A stretch of 31,393 bases of DNA, taken from positions 1 to 31,393 of IMG/VR virus record IMGVR_UViG_2778261541_000008; one strand, given 5' to 3'. Made by a program: the position numbers and the translations under genes. The notes beneath the pieces are model-generated. The model was not told the origin of the DNA. It made no database searches and worked only from the letters and a program-made list of their open reading frames with translations. Source of the DNA: a virus (taxonomy: Duplodnaviria; Heunggongvirae; Uroviricota; Caudoviricetes). Below are positions 1-9,413 of the stretch, in pieces. How positions within the stretch are numbered: the stretch's first letter is position 1; each line of letters opens with the position of its first letter.

Positions 1-1958
<1,958 letters not shown>

Positions 1959-1962
<4 letters not shown>

Positions 1963-2864
1963 TGCTTAGCCTCTCCACCAAGGGCATTTACCAGAGCATC
2001 AACCAGGCACGAAATTTCACTGGTCAACAGGAAGAAATCTGCGTCCAGTCGCTGCGCTACATCTTCACTATCAATATCAGAGTTCTGCTCAAGCAATTCA
2101 TCCGCAAATTTGACGCTGGTAAGGCTGAAGTTATGGTCCAGTGTAAATTTAATGCGGTTCTGCCAGTCGAGTGCCAACTTTGTGACGAGCTTGCCAGCTT
2201 CCAGGTGTGTGGAAATTTCATCGCTTCCCAAATCCTGCTTTTTCACTCGGGCAATACCGCCATCCTCAAGCACTGCCTTAAGTTCTGCCGCATCCCCCAT
2301 TTGAAATCCCTGTGGAGCACTACCATCACGTACCCAGTCGGTTAGCGTTAATTCAATGGGATTTTCAACACTTAGGGGAACAACAGGAAGAGAACCCAGA
2401 GATTTACGCATAAGCGCGAGCATATCCTCTGCCTGCCGCGAGCTGGCATTGATATAGATACGTTTAGTTGAACCGTCGTAGATCGCCTGGATAACAGAAA
2501 ACTTTGAAAAAGCCCGTGGCAGAAGAGAATGCAGAACTTCGTCTTTCAGGGAGTCCTTCTCTGTTTTCTTCAGTTTACGCGCTTGTTCTTGCTCAAGTTT
2601 TTCAATTTTTTCTTGAATAGCTCGCTGGATAACCGGCGGGGGAAGAATTTTTGTTTCGCGCTTTGCTTCAACAAGGATAAAACCATTTCCATGCATAGCG
2701 ATAACTTCGGAATTATCACCAAATGGAGATACAAAACCGAACTTGGCCATATCCTGACTACCGCATGGCGTGAAAAGGATCATTTTCTTTTTATCTTCTA
2801 AGTCGGTCAGATCCGCCTCACGAGAAAGTTTATAAATAGTAATGTTTTTCCAGTGCTTAAACAT
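1959..2864 (-). CDS. rdgC: Recombination-associated protein RdgC homolog (P1 hrdC equivalent)
   Basis: Near full-length similarity to E. coli RdgC as recalled ([82 protein letters not shown]). Start moved to the internal ATG ([13 protein letters not shown]) at 2864, which gives 301 aa against 303 aa for RdgC; the longer ORF to 2978 has no matching N-terminus. Confidence 0.9.
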
Positions 2865-3141
2865 GTTGTAACCCTTGAATATCAACCACAGAAAGCTCGT
2901 CTTTGTAGAAAAAGGCCAGGTTGTGGCACCCCCTCGTTTGAGCGTATGAGCTGGGACCAATTTCGTTCTTCCAGACAAATGGCTTCAAATCCGTACGGCG
3001 AAGCATAAAAACGCGATTTGTTCCGCTCTGATTCCCAATGAGGCAAAAGCCTTCTTTCACCTTGATAGCCTGCAAGTTGTCGAGTTCACCGCTGGTTACA
3101 CGGCTATCGAACTCTTTGCGGCTTATTAGCTCCATCTGCAT
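2857..3141 (-). CDS. Hypothetical protein, first gene of the rdgC-dmt operon (position of P1 uhr)
   Basis: ORF 2857..3213 on the minus strand. Start placed at the ATG at 3141 ([11 protein letters not shown]...), which has a GGAG 7 nt upstream; its stop overlaps the rdgC start by 8 nt. No recognisable domain. Confidence 0.45.
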   Translation of the reverse strand: MQMELISRKEFDSRVTSGELDNLQAIKVKEGFCLIGNQSGTNRVFMLRRTDLKPFVWKNEIGPSSYAQTRGCHNLAFFYKDELSVVDIQGLQHV

Positions 3142-3212
3142 CTGACGACTCCAAACAAATGCCCATTGAAGGGCGATGGCTGAATGGTACCGAAAATACG
3201 ACATAAAAAACA

Positions 3213-3229
3213 ATATTTATTAGAGCAAT
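3213..3229 (-). promoter_or_regulatory. P1 C1-repressor-type operator (16/17 match to ATTGCTCTAATAAATTT on the minus strand)
   Basis: Plus strand reads atatttattagagcaat, the reverse complement of the 17-bp asymmetric C1 operator consensus as I recall it, with one mismatch. It sits in the divergent intergenic region directly upstream of the minus-strand operon. Confidence 0.6.
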
Positions 3230-3310
3230 TTTACAATAAGTAAACGCCATGTAGACCACAAACAACCTGAGTTAAAATAACGAAAATCAGAGCAAATAAT
3301 TGGTGATGAC

Positions 3311-3514
3311 GTGGCAAGTATTGCAACAAAAGACAGCATTTGTTCGGGGCACGGAGGATTCCCATCCAGGCCTCCTGTAGAGAGTGAACCACTACTTAAA
3401 GTCAACGGAGTCGAAGTGTTAGTTGATGGTAAGCAATATGCACAATACCGATGGAAACAGTACGCACGGTGGGCAAGCTATATCAACCAGGGCATGGTTT
3501 ACCGTCAATGGTAA
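3311..3514 (+). CDS. Hypothetical small protein (67 aa)
   Basis: ORF with a GTG start in the intergenic region downstream of the operator; no recognisable motifs. Weak call, kept because the locus otherwise has a gene-count gap relative to P1 (upfC position). Confidence 0.3.
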   Translation: MASIATKDSICSGHGGFPSRPPVESEPLLKVNGVEVLVDGKQYAQYRWKQYARWASYINQGMVYRQW

Positions 3515-3601
3515 AGGGATCGTATGCGTTGGTGACCCTGTTTCATGCGGATCTACCGTAGCGTCCGGAGACGGCCTGGTTCAGGTAAGTTAGGAGATAT
3601 C

Positions 3602-4390
3602 ATGCTGGAAAAAGACTACCAGTTATCCGCATATAAAAAATTGGCCGCCGCCGGTGGGATGAAAACACCTGGTGCCATAACATCGGCACGAAACAGTGCT
3701 AACACAGCAAAACTGCTTGCAGAAGAATTGACCGGATTAATTCTGGATACAATTGTCTATCCCGACACTATTACCAGTTATGTTTCAACGATCAGAACAA
3801 CTACAACCGGCTTAACGAACATTGGAGAACTGGCAACTAAGCACGCGGACCTGTTGGCTGGTTATGCAGATCTGTCAATGCTGCTTCAACTCGATATTGG
3901 TTGGGATGTTTACTGCCGTGCTAATGAGCGAGAAGTTTCAGAACTGCCGATCTCTATTGCCATTGGTGATGTGAATATTACTAAATCGCTTGAGGACGCT
4001 GTTAACGCGCTTAATACATCAAGTTTAGTCGCTGCTATGGGGGAGATTAACCAGACCCTTAACACTGGCTCAGGAAGCTCGTCAGGCTCTGGTTCAGGCG
4101 GCGGCACTGCCACTCCCCCACCAACACTAACAGAAGAGCAAATTGAATCTCTGAAAGTAGCAACTGAACAGTTTGGGGTTGTTTTCAACCAGACAACAGC
4201 GCCCACAACTGCGTTACAACAGCAGTATGAACGAGCGAATGAAAGCGCCAACGTAGCCATAACTGCTTATAACCATGCTATCGGTACCGCGCTTGCGGAA
4301 GCATCAGCAAATAAGGCCAGCACAGCCAGCGCAGTTGCCGCTTTGGTTCCTGATTCTGTTCTTGATGAATTAAACAAAGCGGCACAGTAA
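3602..4390 (+). CDS. Hypothetical protein with a Ser/Gly/Thr/Pro-rich linker
   Basis: ORF 3545..4390; start placed at ATG 3602 (MLEKDYQ...) preceded by AGGAG. Contains the low-complexity stretch TGSGSSSGSGSGGGTATPPP. No catalytic motif recognised. Confidence 0.6.
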   Translation: MLEKDYQLSAYKKLAAAGGMKTPGAITSARNSANTAKLLAEELTGLILDTIVYPDTITSYVSTIRTTTTGLTNIGELATKHADLLAGYADLSMLLQLDIGWDVYCRANEREVSELPISIAIGDVNITKSLEDAVNALNTSSLVAAMGEINQTLNTGSGSSSGSGSGGGTATPPPTLTEEQIESLKVATEQFGVVFNQTTAPTTALQQQYERANESANVAITAYNHAIGTALAEASANKASTASAVAALVPDSVLDELNKAAQ

Positions 4391-4429
4391 CAAAGGACTT
4401 CATTGATAATTTTTCTTCAGGAGGAAGAC

Positions 4430-4630
4430 ATGTCATTCTTTTCTACGTTAAAAACAGCTTTGTCTTTGAAGGAGAAACTTGCTGCTACTGGTGTTCTTGT
4501 TCTGATTTGCGCACTTGTTGGTGCTGGGTTTGTATGGGAACGTCATCAGCTAAAGCAAGCCATGGAGAAAATTGGCAGTCTTGATCAGGCTGTTAAGGAA
4601 CGTGATAAGTCAATAATGGATCTTAACTAG
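4430..4630 (+). CDS. Small membrane-anchored protein (N-terminal TM helix plus short charged helix); possible i-spanin N-terminal fragment
   Basis: ATG at 4430 preceded by AGGAGG. Hydrophobic segment LAATGVLVLICALVGAGFVW followed by ERHQLKQAMEKIGSLDQAVKERDK. Ends at a TAG that is in frame with the downstream ORF 4643..4852. Confidence 0.55.
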   Translation: MSFFSTLKTALSLKEKLAATGVLVLICALVGAGFVWERHQLKQAMEKIGSLDQAVKERDKSIMDLN

Positions 4631-4685
4631 GCCATTGAGACGATGAACAAAGCAGAGCAACATTTTCACAGCCAGGAAGTGAAAA

Positions 4686-5018
4686 ATGAATCAGAACAAG
4701 CCAAGTATGCTGACAGGCAAATGGAACGAAAAGCTGAAGTTCAGAAACAACTGGTTGCGGCGGGTAATGTTCGCCAGCGTATTCCTGCTGACACTCAGCG
4801 GTTGCTCCGGGAGTCGATCAGCGAATTTAACGCCGACGCCGACAAAGGTTAACCACCCTGCCCCCAAAAGTGCATTTATGTGCAGGATGCCAGAATTTAG
4901 CAGTGAATATTTTGATGATCTGCCAGCCTATATCCTTGATACAGAAACGATGCTGAAGGGGATTAACAGGAAGAATCGCAACGTTAATGATTACAACCGC
5001 GCTATCAGCGGTAACTAA
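4686..5018 (+). CDS. Lipoprotein (lipobox LTLSGC, Pro/Thr-rich mature N-terminus); position of P1 mlp
   Basis: ATG 4686 preceded by AGGAAG. Signal-like segment RRVMFASVFLLTLSG-C, then SGSRSANLTPTPTKVNHPAP. Reading frame is +1 relative to ORF 4643..4852, which it overlaps. Confidence 0.6.
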   Translation: MNQNKPSMLTGKWNEKLKFRNNWLRRVMFASVFLLTLSGCSGSRSANLTPTPTKVNHPAPKSAFMCRMPEFSSEYFDDLPAYILDTETMLKGINRKNRNVNDYNRAISGN

Positions 5019-5029
5019 AAGGGATTTTT

Positions 5030-5422
5030 ATGTCTGATAAAGTAACAGTAAAGCAAACTATCAACAAAGCGACTTCAATCTACAAAATTGAGCACATCAC
5101 TGTTGGCAAGCCAGGATCTGAACAATACCGTCGTGCTTTCGAGCTTGCCGATCAGCTTGGTTTAAAACACCCGGATTGCATTGAGCATGTATTTCCGACC
5201 TATGCTGATGAGCAATGTACTCATGTTCTTACCGAAGAGGATTTTTTCAGCACTGAAGAACGAGAAGGCGTTGATCGCTGTATTGGTGTGATTTGCTCTT
5301 CAGTGAGTTATGAGTTATTCCCTAATGTCCATGAAGATGGTGGTATTGGATACCAATTCCTGTACGAAGGCGATGAGCTTAAATGTTATGAACATGGTCT
5401 TCTCATCGAAAGCATAGAATAA
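5030..5422 (+). CDS. Hypothetical protein (130 aa), last gene before the replicon
   Basis: Clean ORF with an ATG start, followed immediately by an intrinsic terminator. No domain recognised. Confidence 0.55.
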   Translation: MSDKVTVKQTINKATSIYKIEHITVGKPGSEQYRRAFELADQLGLKHPDCIEHVFPTYADEQCTHVLTEEDFFSTEEREGVDRCIGVICSSVSYELFPNVHEDGGIGYQFLYEGDELKCYEHGLLIESIE

Positions 5423-5436
5423 TACAGCTTCCTTCC

Positions 5437-5461
5437 AACCGGCTTTGTTGGCCGGTTTTTC
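5437..5461 (+). terminator. Rho-independent terminator
   Basis: Stem aaccggc / gccggtt with loop tttgttg, followed by a T-run, directly after the stop of the 5030..5422 gene. Confidence 0.65.
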
Positions 5462-5463
5462 AC

Positions 5464-5481
5464 TTATCCACATTATCCACT
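5464..5481. promoter_or_regulatory. Tandem DnaA boxes of the plasmid origin (oriR-like)
   Basis: ttatccaca followed by ttatccact, both matching the DnaA box TTATNCACA, at the outer edge of the origin as in P1 oriR. Confidence 0.7.
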
Positions 5482-5484
5482 GGA

Positions 5485-5541
5485 TAGATCCAATAATTAG
5501 GTCCATATAGATCCCAATTAGATCCATATAGATCCCTGATC
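5485..5541. promoter_or_regulatory. Origin GATC cluster (five Dam sites in repeated tagatcc heptamers)
   Basis: GATC at 5487, 5510, 5521, 5531 and 5538 within an AT-rich stretch between the DnaA boxes and the iterons. This matches the Dam-methylation-dependent part of P1 oriR. Confidence 0.65.
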
Positions 5542-5580
5542 GTTGCAGGCCGCGCCACGTCTGGCCTAGAAGTGTATCGC

Positions 5581-5684
5581 GATGTGTGCTGGCGGGAAAA
5601 CGATGTGTGCTGGCGGGATAAAAATGTGTGCTGACGGGTTGCTAATGTGTGCTGGCGGGATATAGGATGTGTGCTGACGGGAAA
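5581..5684 (+). repeat. incC-type iterons: five direct 19-bp repeats at ~21-bp spacing (RepA binding sites, origin)
   Basis: gatgtgtgctggcgggaaa, gatgtgtgctggcgggata, aatgtgtgctgacgggttg, aatgtgtgctggcgggata, gatgtgtgctgacgggaaa; all in the same orientation, directly upstream of repA. Confidence 0.9.
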
Positions 5685-5740
5685 GCCTGGGTAGTTATCA
5701 TCACTTATAAAAACTATCTACATAATTCGGAAAAAGTAAT

Positions 5741-6601
5741 ATGAATCAATCATTTATCTCCGATATTCTTTACGCAGACATTGAAAGTAAGGCAAAAGAA
5801 CTAACAGTTAATTCAAACAACACTGTGCAGCCTGTAGCGTTGATGCGCTTGGGGGTATTCGTGCCGAAGCCATCAAAGAGCAAAGGAGAAAGTAAAGAGA
5901 TTGATGCCACCAAAGCGTTTTCCCAGCTGGAGATAGCTAAAGCCGAGGGTTACGATGATATTAAAATCACCGGTCCTCGACTCGATATGGATACTGATTT
6001 CAAAACGTGGATCGGTGTCATCTACGCGTTCAGCAAATACGGCTTGTCCTCAAACACCATCCAGTTATCGTTTCAGGAATTCGCTAAAGCCTGTGGTTTC
6101 CCCTCAAAACGTCTGGATGCGAAACTGCGTTTAACCATTCATGAATCACTTGGACGCTTACGTAACAAGGGTATCGCTTTTAAGCGCGGAAAAGATGCTA
6201 AAGGCGGCTATCAGACTGGTCTGCTAAAGGTCGGTCGTTTTGATGCTGACCTTGATCTGATAGAGCTGGAGGCTGATTCGAAGCTGTGGGAGCTGTTCCA
6301 GCTTGATTATCGCGTTCTGTTGCAACACCACGCCTTGCGTGCCCTTCCGAAGAAAGAAGCTGCACAAGCCATTTACACTTTCATCGAAAGCCTTCCGCAG
6401 AATCCGTTGCCGCTATCTTTCGCCCGAATCCGTGAGCGCCTGGCTTTGCAGTCAGCTGTTGGCGAGCAAAACCGTATCATTAAGAAAGCGATAGAACAGC
6501 TTAAAACAATCGGCTATCTCGACTGTTCAATTGAGAAGAAAGGCCGGGAAAGTTTTGTAATCGTCCATTCTCGCAATCCAAAGCTGAAACTCCCAGAATA
6601 A
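5741..6601 (+). CDS. repA: Plasmid replication initiator RepA (P1 type, iteron-binding)
   Basis: 286-aa ORF flanked upstream by five iterons and downstream by nine, the diagnostic P1 R-replicon arrangement; the length equals P1 RepA as I recall it. Confidence 0.85.
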   Translation: MNQSFISDILYADIESKAKELTVNSNNTVQPVALMRLGVFVPKPSKSKGESKEIDATKAFSQLEIAKAEGYDDIKITGPRLDMDTDFKTWIGVIYAFSKYGLSSNTIQLSFQEFAKACGFPSKRLDAKLRLTIHESLGRLRNKGIAFKRGKDAKGGYQTGLLKVGRFDADLDLIELEADSKLWELFQLDYRVLLQHHALRALPKKEAAQAIYTFIESLPQNPLPLSFARIRERLALQSAVGEQNRIIKKAIEQLKTIGYLDCSIEKKGRESFVIVHSRNPKLKLPE

Positions 6602-6886
6602 GTGTGTGCTGGAGGGAAGCTGCATTAAAAAAATGTGTGCTGCCGGGAAGGCTTGTCCAATTTCCTGTTTTTGATGTGCGCTGGAGGGGGACGCCCCGCA
6701 GTTTGCCCAGACTTTCCCTCCAGCACACATCTGTCCATCCGTTTTTCCCTCCAGTGCACATGTAATTCTCTGCCTTTCCCTCCAGCACACATATTTGATA
6801 CCAGCGATCCCTCCACAGCACATAATTCAATGCGACTTCCCTCTCTCGCACATTCTGGTCCTGCATCATCCCTCCAGCACACATCT
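6602..6886. repeat. incA-type iteron array: nine copies, three forward and six reverse (copy-number control locus)
   Basis: Forward: gtgtgtgctggagggaag, aatgtgtgctgccgggaag, gatgtgcgctggaggggg. Reverse: six copies of tccctccagcacacat-like sequence, one of them degenerate (cctctctcgcacat). Begins at the repA stop codon. Confidence 0.85.
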
Positions 6887-6908
6887 AATAGCCTCATCGC
6901 CATTTCTT

Positions 6909-6970
6909 TACGTGCAATAATTGACGCACGAATCAAAAAAAGTTGCACGTAGCAGAATCAAACGTACAAT
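6909..6970 (+). promoter_or_regulatory. par operon promoter/operator: 9-bp inverted repeat (tacgtgcaa ... ttgcacgta) overlapping a TTGCAC-16-TACAAT promoter
   Basis: Inverted repeat arms at 6909-6917 and 6943-6951; -35-like TTGCAC at 6943 and -10-like TACAAT at 6965, about 30 nt upstream of the parA ribosome binding site. Confidence 0.45.
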
Positions 6971-7000
6971 TCACTCATACGAAATGATAAGGAGATGATG

Positions 7001-8206
7001 ATGAAACGCGATTACGGCGGTGTCGGCACCATAGCTCTTCGTGCAAGCGCATTACTTAAGGCCATGAGTCAGGATATTGAAGATCAGCGCAAAGAGTTCA
7101 ATCAGACCGAGTATTATCAGACGTTCACTCGTAACGCTGTGGCAAAGTTGCCGAAGCTGAGCCGCCGCATTGTGGAGCAGGCCATCAAAGAGATGGAAGA
7201 TGATGGGTACCAGTTCAACAAGAAACAGGTCGGTAACGTTGAACAGTACGCGCTGACCATCCAGAACGTCATTGATATCTATGCCCACCGTAAGATCCCC
7301 AAATATCGCGACATTCACAAATCGCCTTACGTTATTTTTGTCGTAAACCTGAAGGGTGGCGTATCCAAAACGGTTTCCACAGTCACGTTGGCGCACGCTC
7401 TGCGTGTGCATCAGGATTTACTGCGTCACGATCTGCGCATTCTGGTAATTGACCTTGACCCTCAGGCATCCAGCACAATGTTCCTCGACCATACTCACAG
7501 TATTGGTTCCATCCTGGAAACCGCCGCGCAGGCGATGCTGAACGACCTGGACGCGGAGACGCTACGCAAAGAGGTGATTCGTCCGACCATCGTTCCTGGC
7601 GTAGACGTGATTCCAGCCTCTATCGACGATGGCTTTGTTGCCAGCCAATGGAAAGAGCTGGTTGAAGAGCATCTTCCCGGACAAAATCAGTACGAAATCC
7701 TTCGACGCAATATCATTGATCGTGTTGCGGATGATTATGACTTTATCTTTATTGATACCGGTCCACACCTGGATCCGTTCCTGCTCAACGGTCTGGCGGC
7801 CAGCGATTTGCTGCTTACCCCTACCCCACCAGCCCAGGTTGACTTCCACTCAACACTGAAATATCTCACCCGTCTGCCAGAAATGCTGGAGCAACTGGAG
7901 GAGGAAGGCGTAGAACCGCGTTTGAGCGCCAGCATTGGTTTTATGTCGAAGATGACCGGCAAGCGCGATCACGAGACATCACACAGCCTTGCGCGTGAGG
8001 TTTACGCCAGCAACATTCTGGACTCTTCTCTGCCTCGTCTGGATGGCTTTGAGCGATGCGGCGAGTCTTTCGACACCGTAATCAGTGCCAACCCGCAATC
8101 GTATCCAGGCAGTGCAGAGGCGCTGAAGAAGGCACGAACCGAGGCCGAGCGTTTCACTAAGGCTGTGTTTGATCGAATTGAGTTTGTTAGGGGTGAGGCG
8201 GCATGA
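7001..8206 (+). CDS. parA: Partition ATPase ParA (type Ia, P1-like, with N-terminal DNA-binding extension)
   Basis: Walker A-type VVNLKGGVSKTVSTVTLAHAL; C-terminal FLPRLDGFERCGESFDTVISANP...AVFDRIEF closely matches P1 ParA as recalled. Start placed at the third ATG (7001) for spacing from AAGGAG; the ORF opens at 6995. Confidence 0.9.
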   Translation: MKRDYGGVGTIALRASALLKAMSQDIEDQRKEFNQTEYYQTFTRNAVAKLPKLSRRIVEQAIKEMEDDGYQFNKKQVGNVEQYALTIQNVIDIYAHRKIPKYRDIHKSPYVIFVVNLKGGVSKTVSTVTLAHALRVHQDLLRHDLRILVIDLDPQASSTMFLDHTHSIGSILETAAQAMLNDLDAETLRKEVIRPTIVPGVDVIPASIDDGFVASQWKELVEEHLPGQNQYEILRRNIIDRVADDYDFIFIDTGPHLDPFLLNGLAASDLLLTPTPPAQVDFHSTLKYLTRLPEMLEQLEEEGVEPRLSASIGFMSKMTGKRDHETSHSLAREVYASNILDSSLPRLDGFERCGESFDTVISANPQSYPGSAEALKKARTEAERFTKAVFDRIEFVRGEAA

Positions 8207-9168
8207 AAAAAATAGTTTCCCGTGGACGAGTGCTGGGCAAGAATAGCTCCGAGTTTGCTCGCATGCTTGAAGGCAGTGAAGGCACCAAAACCTTTACCCT
8301 AAAATCTGGCCGCCAGGCTAAATTCTTGCTTACCGTCGTGCTGAGTGGTGAGATTGAGTCGCGCACGTTCGTTGACCCGGCAGTTAACGGCCGCGATCAG
8401 TCTCTGCTCACCCCTGAGTCGGTAAGCGATATTTCCCGCACCATTAAATTGCAACAGTTCTTCCCGGCTATCGGTCGTATGGTTGGGGAGCGCATTGAGG
8501 TATTGGACGGATCGCGTCGCCGTGCTGCGTGTATCTTCAATGAAACGAAATTTGAGATTCTGGTGACGAAAGATGAGATCAGCCTGGCGGATGCCCGCCA
8601 GCTGGCCATTGATATCCAGACAGCCCGCGAACACACTCTGCGCGAGCTGGGTAAACGCTTCGAGGTTATGTACGGTAAGAATATGACCAAAGAAGAGATC
8701 GCCCGAGCTGAGAACATCTCAAAGGCTAAAGTGACGCGAGCTTTCCAGGCTGCCGCGGTGCCGGATGAGATGATTGCTGTCTTCCCCGTAGCCAGCGAGC
8801 TCGCCCTTCCAGATTACCAGTTACTGCTCCAGATCGCCGAGGATGCTAACGCTAAAAGCGTGCCGATTGAAGAGCTGGTTGATACGGTGCGCGAACGAAT
8901 TGCAGAGACTGAGGGCGCGAAAGAGGATAAAGCGAAGATACTGGCTATCTTCAAAGCGGAAAGCAAAAGCCTGAAGCCCGCGCCGGTTAAATCTGTGGTG
9001 GTTGAGAAGCTGCGAGACTTCTCTGACCGTCGCCAATATGCCCGAAAGAAGTCCGATCCGAAAAAACGGGTTGTCGCCTACGAGTTCTCCAGACTCCCGT
9101 CTGAAGTGCAAACTGAAATTGACGAAGCAATAAAAAAAATCATTGGGAAAATGTCTGCTGGGGAATAA
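8203..9168 (+). CDS. parB: Partition centromere-binding protein ParB
   Basis: 321-aa ORF translationally coupled to parA (ATGA overlap); size and position match P1 ParB, and a parS-like site lies directly downstream. Confidence 0.8.
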   Translation: MKKIVSRGRVLGKNSSEFARMLEGSEGTKTFTLKSGRQAKFLLTVVLSGEIESRTFVDPAVNGRDQSLLTPESVSDISRTIKLQQFFPAIGRMVGERIEVLDGSRRRAACIFNETKFEILVTKDEISLADARQLAIDIQTAREHTLRELGKRFEVMYGKNMTKEEIARAENISKAKVTRAFQAAAVPDEMIAVFPVASELALPDYQLLLQIAEDANAKSVPIEELVDTVRERIAETEGAKEDKAKILAIFKAESKSLKPAPVKSVVVEKLRDFSDRRQYARKKSDPKKRVVAYEFSRLPSEVQTEIDEAIKKIIGKMSAGE

Positions 9169-9214
9169 TCCCGCTGGTGGGAGGCGGCTTTAGCCCCCTC
9201 CCCTGTCTAAAATG

Positions 9215-9296
9215 TCCCGCGTCTATTTCATGTATAAATATATGATATATATAGATATTCATGAAAAATTTCAGACTGAAATTCCCACGGTTTCAC
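9215..9296. other. parS-like partition centromere: heptamer A-boxes and hexamer B-like boxes flanking an AT-rich putative IHF site
   Basis: Left arm tcccgcgtctatttcat; AT-rich core tgtataaatatatgatatatatagatattcatg; right arm tgaaattcccacggtttcac. Same layout as P1 parS right arm (TGAAATCGCCACGATTTCAC as recalled) but with TCCCAC/TCCCGC in place of the TCGCCA B-box. Confidence 0.55.
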
Positions 9297-9355
9297 GCCT
9301 GTTTTACTTGCCCCCCTCCCCCGCACAAAAAATTTAAAAAATTACTTTTAGCGAG

Positions 9356-9385
9356 AAAGTCAACAAGTGACTTTCAATAAAATCT
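9356..9385 (+). promoter_or_regulatory. Candidate late promoter: inverted repeat aaagtca-acaag-tgacttt followed by a TAAAAT -10-like hexamer
   Basis: Perfect 7-bp-arm palindrome about 15-20 bp upstream of a TANNNT hexamer, ~50 bp before the head gene. This resembles the recalled architecture of P1 Lpa-dependent late promoters (inverted repeat near -22 plus -10). Confidence 0.35.
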
Positions 9386-9413
9386 CTTCCGAAAAGGGAT
9401 TCACACAAGTGCC

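Noticed and set aside
4643-4852. 69-aa ORF as an independent gene
   Set aside because: No convincing RBS and no hydrophobic or other recognisable feature of its own; it is in frame with the upstream membrane-protein ORF across a single TAG and overlaps the lipoprotein gene. It is treated as the downstream part of a split spanin-like frame rather than a separate CDS.
5581-6886. Arrays of short near-identical repeats that could be mistaken for a CRISPR array
   Set aside because: The repeats are 19-bp iterons at ~21-bp spacing with no unique spacers, they flank a repA gene, and the downstream set is in mixed orientation. This is the incC/incA structure of a P1-type replicon, not CRISPR.
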